From: Bryobacterales bacterium
GTDB lineage: Bacteria > Acidobacteriota > Terriglobia > Bryobacterales > UBA6623
Direction: 5' to 3'
DNA: 64,000 bases
Assembly: GCA_022823865.1 (NCBI GenBank)
Contig: JAJEHF010000140.1
Span: forward strand, 5,435 to 69,434
Position numbers and translations under genes: made by a program
Shown: piece by piece, positions 37,313-46,288 of the stretch
Position numbering within the stretch: position 1 is the stretch's first letter
Layout: the number at the start of each line of letters is the position of its first letter
Notes under the pieces: generated by a model
The model's input: only the letters and a program-made list of their open reading frames with translations
Told to the model about the DNA's origin: nothing
Databases searched by the model: none

Positions 37313-38290
37313 CTAACTCGCGGCCATCGAAACGGCCTCGACCGGGGACGCTGCGACGCCCAACAAGCCCGCCTCTTCCAATGCTCTCTCGATTCTCTGA
37401 AGTTGCTCCGGGCTTGGCCGCCGAGTCGGCGGACGGGTCAAGTCAGACTTCAAGCGTCCCGCCAAGACCATAGCGGACTTCATTCGAGCGTGCGCGTCAC
37501 TAGAGGGTTCGTCGTTCGCGTACACCGCCTCTTTGAGGGTGTTGATCTTCGCTTGGACACCCCGCGCCCAGTTGAGATCGCCGGCGCAAACCGCTTCGTA
37601 GAGCTCGACCAGGAGTTCCGGAATGAAAGAAGCGAAACCCACGAGGGCGCCGTCCACTCCCTGCACCATCGAGGCCAGGGCATACTCGTCGTGGCACGTC
37701 AGGACCGTGCAGCGTGGATTGGCCTCTCGAATCGCCCGAATATCGCGGTCATATTTGGACATTTCCCTTGTGCCCACCTTGAATGAAGTCACTCTCGGCA
37801 ACCGCGCCAACTCGGCCAACAACTCTGACGAGTAGCTGGCTTTAGTCCAGGCCGGATAAATGTGAACGATCAGGCTGATCTTGACCGCCTCCGAAACCGC
37901 CGCGAAGTGGTCGATCACATTCTGCGGCCGCATCCCAAAACGCAGCCAATAGTGGGGAGGCATGATGAGCAATCCGCTCGCGCCCGCTTCCTCCCCGGCC
38001 AAGGCGTGCTCGACTGCCTCCGTGATCGATTCGCAGCAAATTCCCGACACGACCGGCACGCGCCGTCCAACCTCGTCCGCGACGATGCGCGTCACCTGCG
38101 CCCGCTCCTCCGCGCTCAGGGAGAAGACCTCGCCCGTATGGCCATTGGTCACGAGTCCGCCGATGCCGTCGTGACTCGCCAGCCAACCGGAAAAACGCCG
38201 GAGTTCTGCTTCGTCGACCGAATAGTCGTCGTTGAAGGGAACCTGCATCGCGGGCAAGATCCCGCGAAAGTACTCAACACGCTCCGTCAT
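37313..38290 (-). CDS. Dihydrodipicolinate synthase/N-acetylneuraminate lyase family (class I aldolase) protein
   Basis: The start was moved to ATG 38290 (MTERVEYFRGILPAMQVPFNDDYSVDEAELRRF...GGLVTNGHTGEVFSLSAEER). It has the family's GxxGE-type motif and a conserved Lys region (SFKVGT). Confidence 0.85.
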   Translation of the reverse strand: MTERVEYFRGILPAMQVPFNDDYSVDEAELRRFSGWLASHDGIGGLVTNGHTGEVFSLSAEERAQVTRIVADEVGRRVPVVSGICCESITEAVEHALAGEEAGASGLLIMPPHYWLRFGMRPQNVIDHFAAVSEAVKISLIVHIYPAWTKASYSSELLAELARLPRVTSFKVGTREMSKYDRDIRAIREANPRCTVLTCHDEYALASMVQGVDGALVGFASFIPELLVELYEAVCAGDLNWARGVQAKINTLKEAVYANDEPSSDAHARMKSAMVLAGRLKSDLTRPPTRRPSPEQLQRIERALEEAGLLGVAASPVEAVSMAAS

Positions 38291-38832
38291 TTGGCAGTAG
38301 CCCCCAGAATTTGAATCCTCCTTCTCGCGCGAAGGGTGCCGCTCTTCGCAAGAATCACAAGCGCGGAGCCAGCCTAGAGATTCGCCGCACGTCGTCTCCC
38401 GCAAACCGCATTCGGCGGCGGCGCCTTAGGGCCTTGCGGGGCTCTGGATCTCGAAGCGGTCTCCGGAATCCGCCGCCACTATAGCACGCCGCGCCCAGTT
38501 CGATCGGCTCCTTAGCTTGCCCGGCAAGCGAGGTCGCTTACGGGCTATCCGTGCCCAAAGAATGCCCGCCCCCGGCAGGTGGCGATCAGATCCCGACCGC
38601 TCTGGCGGTCCCGCGTCTCGCTCGATCCCGAACTGCGGGCGGACCACTGCCAGCTCGGGCTCAGGCAGCGTAGCATTGGGCATGCCGAGAAGGGTGCGGC
38701 CGCTCTATATCGTTATCGCCGGCTGGAAGGAACCGGGGCGAGCCTTCGCACCCCGGCGCCATCCAGCCCGGAGGCAACCCGTGTGGCCGGCCCCGCGCGC
38801 TTCGGCTACGATAAGCCTTCCTGACTAGCAAG

Positions 38833-39699
38833 GTGAGCCCCTCGTCGGCAAGAAAGATTGGCGTAATCGGCCTCGGGCTGCTCGGTTCCGCCATCGCCAA
38901 ACGGCTTCTCGCGGCCGGATTCCCAGTCTGCGGCTTCGATATTGATGCGCGTTGCCGCGCTCGCTTGGATGCTGCGGGAGGCATGGCGGTTGGCTCAGCC
39001 TCGGAGGTCGCGGCTGGTTGCCGCTCCATCGTCCTGAGCTTGCCCGACTCGGGGGTTGTCGGGTCCGTCCTCGGAGAGGTTGAGGCTGGACTAAGCGATA
39101 CAAGGCTCTTCATTGACACGACCACTGGGGACCCGGACGACACTGTAGGGTGCAGCAAGCGCTTGGCGGAAGCCGGCCACGATTTCCTGGATGCGAGCGT
39201 AGGAGGCTCGAGCAAGCTGCTTGAGTCCGGCCAGGCCATCCTGATGGTCGGCGGAGACGTGGACGCCTTCCAACGCTCGTCGAGCATTCTGCGCGCCATC
39301 GGGGAACGCGTGTTCCACGTCGGACCAGCAGGCGCGGGCATCCGCATGAAGCTCGTGTTCAACCTGGTTCTCGGCCTGAACCGAGCTGTCTTGGCGGAAG
39401 GACTCGCGTTCGCCTCACGCTACGGCCTGTCTGTCCTGCAAGCGCTCGAAATCCTCGAGGCGGGTCCGTCGTATTCGCGAGCGATGGACGCCAAGGGGCG
39501 CAAGATGATCGCGCGCGATTTCGCGCCAGAGGCACGGTTGAGCCAACACCTCAAGGACGTGGGTCTGATTCTAGCGGCTGGCGAAGGCTGTGGCGCCCAG
39601 CTACCGCTGTCGATCTTGCATCGTCAGTTGCTTGAACAAGCCGAGAGCCTAGGCTTCGGCGCAGCGGACAACAGCGCGATCATCGAGTCCTTCCGCTAA
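38833..39699 (+). CDS. NAD(P)-dependent beta-hydroxyacid dehydrogenase (3-hydroxyisobutyrate dehydrogenase-like)
   Basis: GTG start. Rossmann motif KIGVIGLGLLGSAIAKRL. ...FLDASVGGS... and ...GAGIRMKLVFNL... are motifs of the HIBADH/6PGDH-NAD-binding family. Confidence 0.8.
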   Translation: MSPSSARKIGVIGLGLLGSAIAKRLLAAGFPVCGFDIDARCRARLDAAGGMAVGSASEVAAGCRSIVLSLPDSGVVGSVLGEVEAGLSDTRLFIDTTTGDPDDTVGCSKRLAEAGHDFLDASVGGSSKLLESGQAILMVGGDVDAFQRSSSILRAIGERVFHVGPAGAGIRMKLVFNLVLGLNRAVLAEGLAFASRYGLSVLQALEILEAGPSYSRAMDAKGRKMIARDFAPEARLSQHLKDVGLILAAGEGCGAQLPLSILHRQLLEQAESLGFGAADNSAIIESFR

Positions 39700-39703
39700 C
39701 TCC

Positions 39704-40714
39704 CTATTCGGTGTCGCCGTTGGCGTACTGACCATACAGCCGCTCGATCTGTTCGGGGGCCTTGTGTCCCTCGTACAGGATCATGCGGTACTGAAACGTG
39801 ATCGTCTCGCCTTCCGGCACAGTATGGCTTCCGTCGTTGCTCTTGTCGCCTGTAAAGCTCCCTGTCGCAAACGGATTCGCGGAATACAAGCTGTACCCTC
39901 GTGCATGCCACCGTGTGGGGTGGCGCAAGTTGGAAGGATGGTCGAACATCGTGGCGCCAACGCGCTTGCCGTCCATGGTCGTGGAGTAGTCGACCCAGCG
40001 AGCGGCCTGGCCCCAGATATTCTCCGTGTCCTTCTGGCCTTCGGAATTCTGCAGAACGGCTCCGTGATCTTGGCGAAACGCATCAGCCAATCGCACGGCC
40101 AATCCTCCGTCATCGGTGTCTCCAAACCGCAGGGATTGCCCTTGATCAGCCCGGATGGCAATCGTGGCGTCAAGCACGATGGCACCGTCTGAGGTGGAAA
40201 ACCGGTAGTCTTGCCGCAGTGTTCCGATCCTTTGCCCCACCTCGGATTGCAGGCCGAGCTCCGCTGAGAGGGTGCCTTGGCCCTGTTCTGTGCGGAAAGT
40301 GGGCTCCGACGCGGGGATGATCATGCCGGTCTTGTCGCGACCCAACTCGCGCCAAAAGTCGTGCCCGTTCACATCGCCGTGTCCGTACCAGATTCCCCGG
40401 TGCCACTCGTGATCCCGCTCTTCGCCGGGCTGCGGGTCGACTGGATAGCCCCGAGAAATCACCAGTCCCGACGACGTTCTAAGGGGATGCAAGAACGGCT
40501 TGTCCCACGTGGCCGCATAGTGAAACGACGTGAGAGGCCTCCCGCCGAGATGCACGTCGATCCGATCCGTCCCTTGGCTGAAGGAAACAGCTGCAGGCCG
40601 GTCCGCAGCAGTTTCAATCGCTGCGTCCGTCGCTGGCTCCGTGGAACAGGCGATCGATGCGACAAGGCAAGCGGTCGAATAGAGTAATGCCTTGGGCATG
40701 ATTGCTCTCCTCAT
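39704..40714 (-). CDS. PmoA-family (DUF6807) protein, lipoprotein-like
   Basis: The leader contains a Cys (LVASIACS). ...WDKPFLHPLRTSSGLVISRGYP...DHEWHRGIWYGHGDVNGHDFW... matches the DUF6807/PmoA-family core as I remember it. It lies 63 nt downstream of the DUF1501 gene on the same strand. Confidence 0.65.
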   Translation of the reverse strand: MRRAIMPKALLYSTACLVASIACSTEPATDAAIETAADRPAAVSFSQGTDRIDVHLGGRPLTSFHYAATWDKPFLHPLRTSSGLVISRGYPVDPQPGEERDHEWHRGIWYGHGDVNGHDFWRELGRDKTGMIIPASEPTFRTEQGQGTLSAELGLQSEVGQRIGTLRQDYRFSTSDGAIVLDATIAIRADQGQSLRFGDTDDGGLAVRLADAFRQDHGAVLQNSEGQKDTENIWGQAARWVDYSTTMDGKRVGATMFDHPSNLRHPTRWHARGYSLYSANPFATGSFTGDKSNDGSHTVPEGETITFQYRMILYEGHKAPEQIERLYGQYANGDTE

Positions 40715-40777
40715 CCGTGAATCGATCCTTTGCGAACTTGTTGAGGGCGGCCGAATGCGAGACCCGCGCCCGTCCCT

Positions 40778-42235
40778 CTAGGCACGAAGCAGCTTCCGGA
40801 CAACGCGTCCCTGTACGTCGGTGAGCCGGAACTTCCGCCCGGCATGCTCGTATGTGAGGTGCTCGTGATCAAACCCAAGGCAGTGGAGGATCGTGGCCTG
40901 CAAGTCGTTGACGTGGATGGGGTCTCTCACGATCTCAAGGCCGAACTCGTCGGTTTCTCCGACGCTCTGTCCCCCTCGGACGCCGCCGCCGGCCATCCAC
41001 ATGCTAAACGCGTTGGGGTGGTGGTCACGGCCGGCCGCCTCATCCAGGCGATTGATCTGCCCCATCGGAGTCCGCCCGAATTCCCCTCCCCAAACCACAA
41101 GGGTCGTGTCGAGTAAACCCCTCTGCTTCAGATCCTTGATCAGCGTCGCCACGGGCTGATCCGTGATCCGGCAATTCTCGGCCAGTTGCTTGTCGAGCTT
41201 CACGTGGTCGTCCCAATCGCCGTGCGTCAGCATGATGAACCGCACGCCCCGCTCAACCATTCGACGGGCGAGAAGGCAATTGACGGCGTACGGGTGGGTC
41301 GGCTCCTGATTGACGCCGTATGCGTCGAGGATGTGCTTGGGTTCGCCGGAAAAATCAAGCAAATCGGGTGCCGCGCTCTGCAAGCGGAATGCCAGTTCGT
41401 AGGAAGCGATACGAGATGCAATCTCGTCATCACCCGTAGCGCGGCGGCGCTTCTGGTTGATCCACCGTATCGCGTCGAGCCGCGCCCTTTGCAAATCGCG
41501 ATTCATCGTGCCTTCCGGTGGCGACAGATACAGGACTGGATCGCCGCTGCCGCGAAACCGGGTCCCCTGCAATGAGGAGGGCAGGAATCCACTTGACCAA
41601 GCGTTGGAGCCCGAACTGGGCCCCTTGCCGGACCCCAGGACGATGAAACCCGGCAGATCCTGCGACTCGCTGCCCAGTCCGTACACGACCCATGACCCCA
41701 TGGAAGGACGACCCAGCAACGTAGCGCCAGTCAGCAGCAATAGCTCGCCCGGATCATGATTGAAAGCGTCCGTGTGCATCGAGTGGACCATGCAGATCTC
41801 GTCGGCGCAGGATGCGGTGTGCGGAAGCAGGTCGGAGAACTGGATGCCGGACTCGCCGTAGGGCCTGAATGTGCGGGGACTCGCCATCACGGCAGAGGTT
41901 GGCTTGACGAACGCCAGCTTGAGGTCCCTGGTCCTCGACAGGGGAAGCGGGGAGCCATCCCACCTCTGGAGTTCGGGCTTGGGGGAGAACAGGTCGAGCT
42001 GACTTGGGCCTCCAGACATCAGCAGGAAGATGATGTTGGTCGCTGAACCCGGAAAGTGGGGTGGCCTTGGCGTGAGCGGGTCGACGCGCGCCAGCGCCTG
42101 CGGCGCAGTCCGGCCCTCCGAGCGGAGGAGGTGGCCTAGAGCGGCCGCGCCCAGGCCCCATGTAGAGCGCTCCAGGAATCGGCGCCGGCCCTGGCCCTGC
42201 GCGGCTTGGTCAGACTGCGTTCCGAGAATCGTCAT
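40778..42235 (-). CDS. DUF1501 domain protein (Tat-exported)
   Basis: The start was moved to ATG 42235 (MTILGTQSDQAAQGQGRRRFLERSTWGLGAAAL, a Tat leader). It lies 14 nt after the stop of the DUF1553 gene. It is colinear with 120-1532 and 49321-50754. Confidence 0.85.
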   Translation of the reverse strand: MTILGTQSDQAAQGQGRRRFLERSTWGLGAAALGHLLRSEGRTAPQALARVDPLTPRPPHFPGSATNIIFLLMSGGPSQLDLFSPKPELQRWDGSPLPLSRTRDLKLAFVKPTSAVMASPRTFRPYGESGIQFSDLLPHTASCADEICMVHSMHTDAFNHDPGELLLLTGATLLGRPSMGSWVVYGLGSESQDLPGFIVLGSGKGPSSGSNAWSSGFLPSSLQGTRFRGSGDPVLYLSPPEGTMNRDLQRARLDAIRWINQKRRRATGDDEIASRIASYELAFRLQSAAPDLLDFSGEPKHILDAYGVNQEPTHPYAVNCLLARRMVERGVRFIMLTHGDWDDHVKLDKQLAENCRITDQPVATLIKDLKQRGLLDTTLVVWGGEFGRTPMGQINRLDEAAGRDHHPNAFSMWMAGGGVRGGQSVGETDEFGLEIVRDPIHVNDLQATILHCLGFDHEHLTYEHAGRKFRLTDVQGRVVRKLLRA

Positions 42236-42249
42236 CAGTGGCTGGTGCG

Positions 42250-44844
42250 TCACTCGCGAGTGATGAATTCGTCCGTGTTGAGCAAGACGCTGCTGAGTGT
42301 CACCCAGGCAGCCTGATCGACCCGGCTGATGCCCGCAATCTCCAGCCCCGTGAGGTTTCGCGTGGCCTGCGGGGCACCGCTGATCACGGATTTCTGGCCA
42401 TCCAAGGAACTCAGCAGGTACTCGCGCTCCTCCCGATCGGGCGTCCGTCCCAGGCAAAGCCGGTAGGCATAGTCCAACCTTCCTCCATCGTCGGAGGTTC
42501 GACTCTCCGTCAGAACACGCACCGCGAGCGCCTGTGCGGCTTGCAGGAAAACTGGGTCATTCAGCAGGTTCAGAGCCTGCAGCGGAGTATTGGAGCGGTT
42601 CCGTCGGCAGGCGGGGCCGTACGCACTCGGCATGTCGAAATTTGTCATCAGAGGGTAGGGCGACATGCGTTGGAAAACCACGTACAAGCCGCGGCGGTAT
42701 CGATCGCTGCCCTCGCTGGGCGTCCATGCCGATCCGCCGAGACGCTGCGCCCCTTCCGGTTGAGGCGGCCGGATGCTCTTCCCTCCCACCTTCGGATACA
42801 ACAGCCCGCTGACGCGCAACGTCGAGTCCCGAATCTGCTCCGCTGTCAGCCGCAGCCTTGACTGACGCGCCAGCAAGCGATTGCCGGGGTCGATCTCGTG
42901 CAGGTCGCGCCGCACCGTCGACGACTGCCTATAGGTCGCCGTCAGCACAATGCTCTTGATGAGCCTCTTCAGGCTCCACCCATCGCGCACGAATTCGCCG
43001 GCGAGCCAGTCAAGCAACTCGGGATGGGAGGGCCGTTCTCCTTGCACGCCAAAGTTCTCTGATGTTCCGACAAGGCCCGTTCCGAAGAGTTCCTGCCAGA
43101 TTCGATTGACCATCACGCGGGGAGGCAGCGGGTTCTCTCCGGATACCAGCCAGCGCGCCAAGTCGAGTCGGCTTGGGTCAGCGATGCCAAGCGGGGGAAG
43201 AACCGCGGGCGTTCCAGCTTCGACGGGAATCCCATGGAGCTTGTATTGGCCGCGCACATGGATGTGGGTCTCTCGATTCGCTCGGCTAGTCTCCATGACG
43301 GGAGCTTCCGAGAGTGCAGGAAACGTGTCGTCAAGGTCTTTCAGCTTCTGGCTCAGTTCTTCGAGCTTCAATTCTTCTGCGCGTTCTCTGGTCAATACGC
43401 GGTCGTAGTTCCGGACGAAATAGTCCGTAAAGCGTTTCTCCTCCTTCCAAGTGCGGTCTGAGGGATTGGTGCGCAGGATCCTCTCACCGTGGTCTAGGAA
43501 CGTTCGCAGGTCGTCGAACGAAATGTCCCAGTCGGGCCATTCGCCGGGACGAGCCGCGGCTTCCAGCAGGCGGGCCTCCCAGCCCCGTTTGAGTTCGGGA
43601 ACTTGGTGTTCGTCGAGCAGCCGGCGCCTAGCCTTCAGATACTTCGCGCGCTCTTGCAGGTACGGCCCCATTTCTCCTGGCAAGGGTGCGTCGATGTCGA
43701 CCTCGTCCGCGTTGTTGAAGAAGGAATAGAGCTGATAGAACTCCTTCTGCGACACAGGGTCGTACTTGTGGTCGTGGCACCGCGCGCAACCAACGGTGAG
43801 GCCGAGCCACACAATGCCCACGGTGCTGGTGCGCTCCACCACCTGTTCCACGCGGAACTCCTCGGGGTCGATTCCCCCCTCGCGGTTCGTCAGCGTGTTG
43901 CGAAGAAAGCCCGTGGCGACGATTTGCTCGGCAGTTGCGCCGGGCAGCAAGTCGCCCGCCAACTGCTGAATCGTGAATTGGTCGAAGGGCATGTCTCGAT
44001 TTATGGCGTCGATCACCCAGTGCCGGTAGCGCCATGCGTTCGGGCGGAACGAGTCCCCGCGGTAGCCGTCGCTATCGGCGTAGTGGGCCAAGTCCAGCCA
44101 ATAACGAGCCCAGCGCTCCCCGAAGTGCTTTGAGTCGAGAAGCCGCCCGACGATCTCTTCATACGCTCCCGGCCGCCGGTCTTCGACGAACGCATCCACT
44201 TCGGCGGGCGTGGGAGGCAGCCCCAGCAGATCCAGCGAGAGCCGCCGAATCAACGTCGCCCTGCCTGCTTCAGGAGAAGGTTGTGCCCCTTCTTGATCGA
44301 GTCGGGCGAGCACGAAAGAGTCGATCTCGTTGCGCGGCCACTCCCGATTCTGCGTCACGGGGGGAATTGGGCGCGCCAGGGGCTGAAGAGCCCAATGCGT
44401 CGACCGCGCTTGCGCTTCCACCTTGCCCGAGGCGCTGCTGTCCGATTCGGGCCACACCGCTCCCTGGTCGATCCAAGCGCGCAACAGGCCGATCTGCTGC
44501 GGCGTCAGGCGGTCTCCAACCGGGGGCATGCGCAAGTCTCCGTCGACACCCGCCACGAGGCGGATCAACTTGCTCTCAGCGCTGACGCCCGGAACGATGA
44601 CAGGCCCGGAATAGCCGCCTTGCAGCGCGTCCGCCTTGCGGTCGAGCCGGAGCCCGCTGGATTCCTGCTCGCCGCCGTGGCACATGGTGCAGCGATCGCG
44701 GAACAACGGTTGGATCTCAGACGAGAAATTGACGCTGCGGGAGAGCGGAGGTGGAAGCCCCTCCGCGCCGAAGGCCGCCTGCGCAGCCGCTAGGCAGAGC
44801 ACGAGCAACCCAGGGCATATCACTCCTAGCTCACGGCGCTCCAT
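42250..44844 (-). CDS. PSCyt1 (planctomycete cytochrome c) + DUF1549 + DUF1553 protein
   Basis: The start was moved to ATG 44844 (MERRELGVICPGLLVLCLAAAQA, a signal peptide). It has the heme motif CTMCH followed by ...SGLRLD, then a second cytochrome-like segment, ...WDLAHYADSDGY... (DUF1549) and ...GCARCHDHKYDP... (DUF1553). The C-terminus is ...LLNTDEFITRE. Confidence 0.85.
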   Translation of the reverse strand: MERRELGVICPGLLVLCLAAAQAAFGAEGLPPPLSRSVNFSSEIQPLFRDRCTMCHGGEQESSGLRLDRKADALQGGYSGPVIVPGVSAESKLIRLVAGVDGDLRMPPVGDRLTPQQIGLLRAWIDQGAVWPESDSSASGKVEAQARSTHWALQPLARPIPPVTQNREWPRNEIDSFVLARLDQEGAQPSPEAGRATLIRRLSLDLLGLPPTPAEVDAFVEDRRPGAYEEIVGRLLDSKHFGERWARYWLDLAHYADSDGYRGDSFRPNAWRYRHWVIDAINRDMPFDQFTIQQLAGDLLPGATAEQIVATGFLRNTLTNREGGIDPEEFRVEQVVERTSTVGIVWLGLTVGCARCHDHKYDPVSQKEFYQLYSFFNNADEVDIDAPLPGEMGPYLQERAKYLKARRRLLDEHQVPELKRGWEARLLEAAARPGEWPDWDISFDDLRTFLDHGERILRTNPSDRTWKEEKRFTDYFVRNYDRVLTRERAEELKLEELSQKLKDLDDTFPALSEAPVMETSRANRETHIHVRGQYKLHGIPVEAGTPAVLPPLGIADPSRLDLARWLVSGENPLPPRVMVNRIWQELFGTGLVGTSENFGVQGERPSHPELLDWLAGEFVRDGWSLKRLIKSIVLTATYRQSSTVRRDLHEIDPGNRLLARQSRLRLTAEQIRDSTLRVSGLLYPKVGGKSIRPPQPEGAQRLGGSAWTPSEGSDRYRRGLYVVFQRMSPYPLMTNFDMPSAYGPACRRNRSNTPLQALNLLNDPVFLQAAQALAVRVLTESRTSDDGGRLDYAYRLCLGRTPDREEREYLLSSLDGQKSVISGAPQATRNLTGLEIAGISRVDQAAWVTLSSVLLNTDEFITRE

Positions 44845-45229
44845 TGTGGCGGCGGGTCTCGCTCTTATAGCGTGCCCGATCATTGTATCGGGCGGGCAGT
44901 TTGCTGGCCGGAAATCTGCAGCGCTCTGCGGAAAGGCGCGTTGTGCCAGATATTGCGGATCGCACCCAATGGTCGCTTTCGGTTGGCAGCAGCCGTGTCG
45001 GGGGCTAGCGGCAACGAGCTGGCCTGAAGCAGTCCGGGAAGCTCCGGCCTCGGGAGATCGTGGCACTCCCGCTCCCACCGCCTCTGCCGGGGAGCCGGCG
45101 GGCTGTGCCCCTCTCACTGATATCATGCAGCCGCGGCGCTGGCATCGGTAGCGGGTTCCCCCGGCACCCGCCAACCGCACGGCGAAACCGGCAGGGGCTG
45201 ACGAGGCTGAGCAAGCGCAGGCTGGAGCG

Positions 45230-46288
45230 ATGAGCATTCTGAGCCGACGACAGTTCATGCAGTCCCAAGGGGCCGCCCTCGCGCCGGCCGTGGCGTCGGG
45301 GGCTTACGTCAAGCCCGAGCATTTCACGGTGGACTGCCAGAGCCACATTTTCGTGCCGGAACTAATCGCCTACATGGAAAAGCGCAAGGAGCCGCCCTAT
45401 GCCTACAGGCGGGACGGCGGAACCTACGTGGTCGTCGGCGAGTGGCACAGGCGCCTCAGGGAGCGGCACGCGGACATCGAAGCCAAGCTGGCAGACATGG
45501 ACGAAGCCGGGATCTCGCTGACGGCCCTCAGCATCAACGACCCGGGCCCGGAGCTGTTTGGAGCCGATGGCCCGCACGTTGCGAGGATGGTGAACGACTA
45601 CATCAGCGAACTCGCGACGAAGCACTCGGATCGGCTCTTTGGGTTGATCGTCCTGCCGCTTCAAGACGTTGACGCATCCTTGAAGGAACTTGATCGATGC
45701 GTAACTGACAAAGGGATGAAGGGCGTGCTCCTGTACTCGAATCTCGACGGATCGTTCCCCGACGAGGACCGCTACCGGCCCCTGTTCGAGCACGTCCAGC
45801 GTCTTGACATCCCGGTCCTGTTGCACCCAGCCTATCCCGTCACGTACGACGCAACCGTTGGCCGAAACCTCGTCGCCGGGCTGGGGCTGATGTTTGACAC
45901 AACCATCGCCCTGGCGCGCCTCATCCTTTCGGGGATACTCGACGAATACCCCGACCTGAAGCTGGTCTGCCCGCATGTCGGCGGAACGCTGCCGTACCTG
46001 ATCGGCCGGCTGGACCACCAAACGCAGGTGCTCAAGCGAGGCGCCGAAAACATCACGAAGCCCCCGAGCGAGTACCTCCGCAACATATACTTGGACGCGG
46101 TGTCTCCGATTCCTATGGCCATTCAGTACGGGATCGATTTCGTTGGTGCTGAACGGATGCTCTATTCGAGCGACCATCCATGGGTAGACCCCAAGGTGAT
46201 TGCGGACTGCGTGCGCAGCCTTGATCTGCCTGACGAGGACCAGCTCAGGATCTTCGGGGGGAACGCCAAGAAACTGTTCAAGCTATGA
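45230..46288 (+). CDS. Amidohydrolase-2 family protein with Tat-like leader
   Basis: MSILSRRQFMQSQGAALAPAVASGA leader, then VDCQSHIFVPEL..., ...LLHPAYP..., ...CPHVGGTLPYLIGRLD... and ...YSSDHPW. It is a paralogue of 32296-33360. Confidence 0.8.
   Translation: MSILSRRQFMQSQGAALAPAVASGAYVKPEHFTVDCQSHIFVPELIAYMEKRKEPPYAYRRDGGTYVVVGEWHRRLRERHADIEAKLADMDEAGISLTALSINDPGPELFGADGPHVARMVNDYISELATKHSDRLFGLIVLPLQDVDASLKELDRCVTDKGMKGVLLYSNLDGSFPDEDRYRPLFEHVQRLDIPVLLHPAYPVTYDATVGRNLVAGLGLMFDTTIALARLILSGILDEYPDLKLVCPHVGGTLPYLIGRLDHQTQVLKRGAENITKPPSEYLRNIYLDAVSPIPMAIQYGIDFVGAERMLYSSDHPWVDPKVIADCVRSLDLPDEDQLRIFGGNAKKLFKL

Noticed and set aside
42252-42274. Identical 23-nt sequence ACTCGCGAGTGATGAATTCGTCC also present at 50777-50799. 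It yields a shared 'GRIHHSRV' peptide in the extended DUF1501 ORFs. I considered a mobile-element end or a regulatory box.
   Set aside because: It is simply the conserved C-terminal DEFITRE motif plus stop region of the two paralogous DUF1553 genes, read in another frame.
40778-45258. N-terminal extensions of track ORFs. These are 40778-42457, 42250-45258, 49321-50982, 30846-32390, 53668-57084, 47461-48858, 37313-38404 and 60021-60653.
   Set aside because: In each case an internal ATG/GTG is followed immediately by a signal or Tat peptide, or by the canonical family N-terminus. Often an SD or a neighbouring stop codon precedes it. The upstream residues are read-through of intergenic DNA or of the preceding gene.
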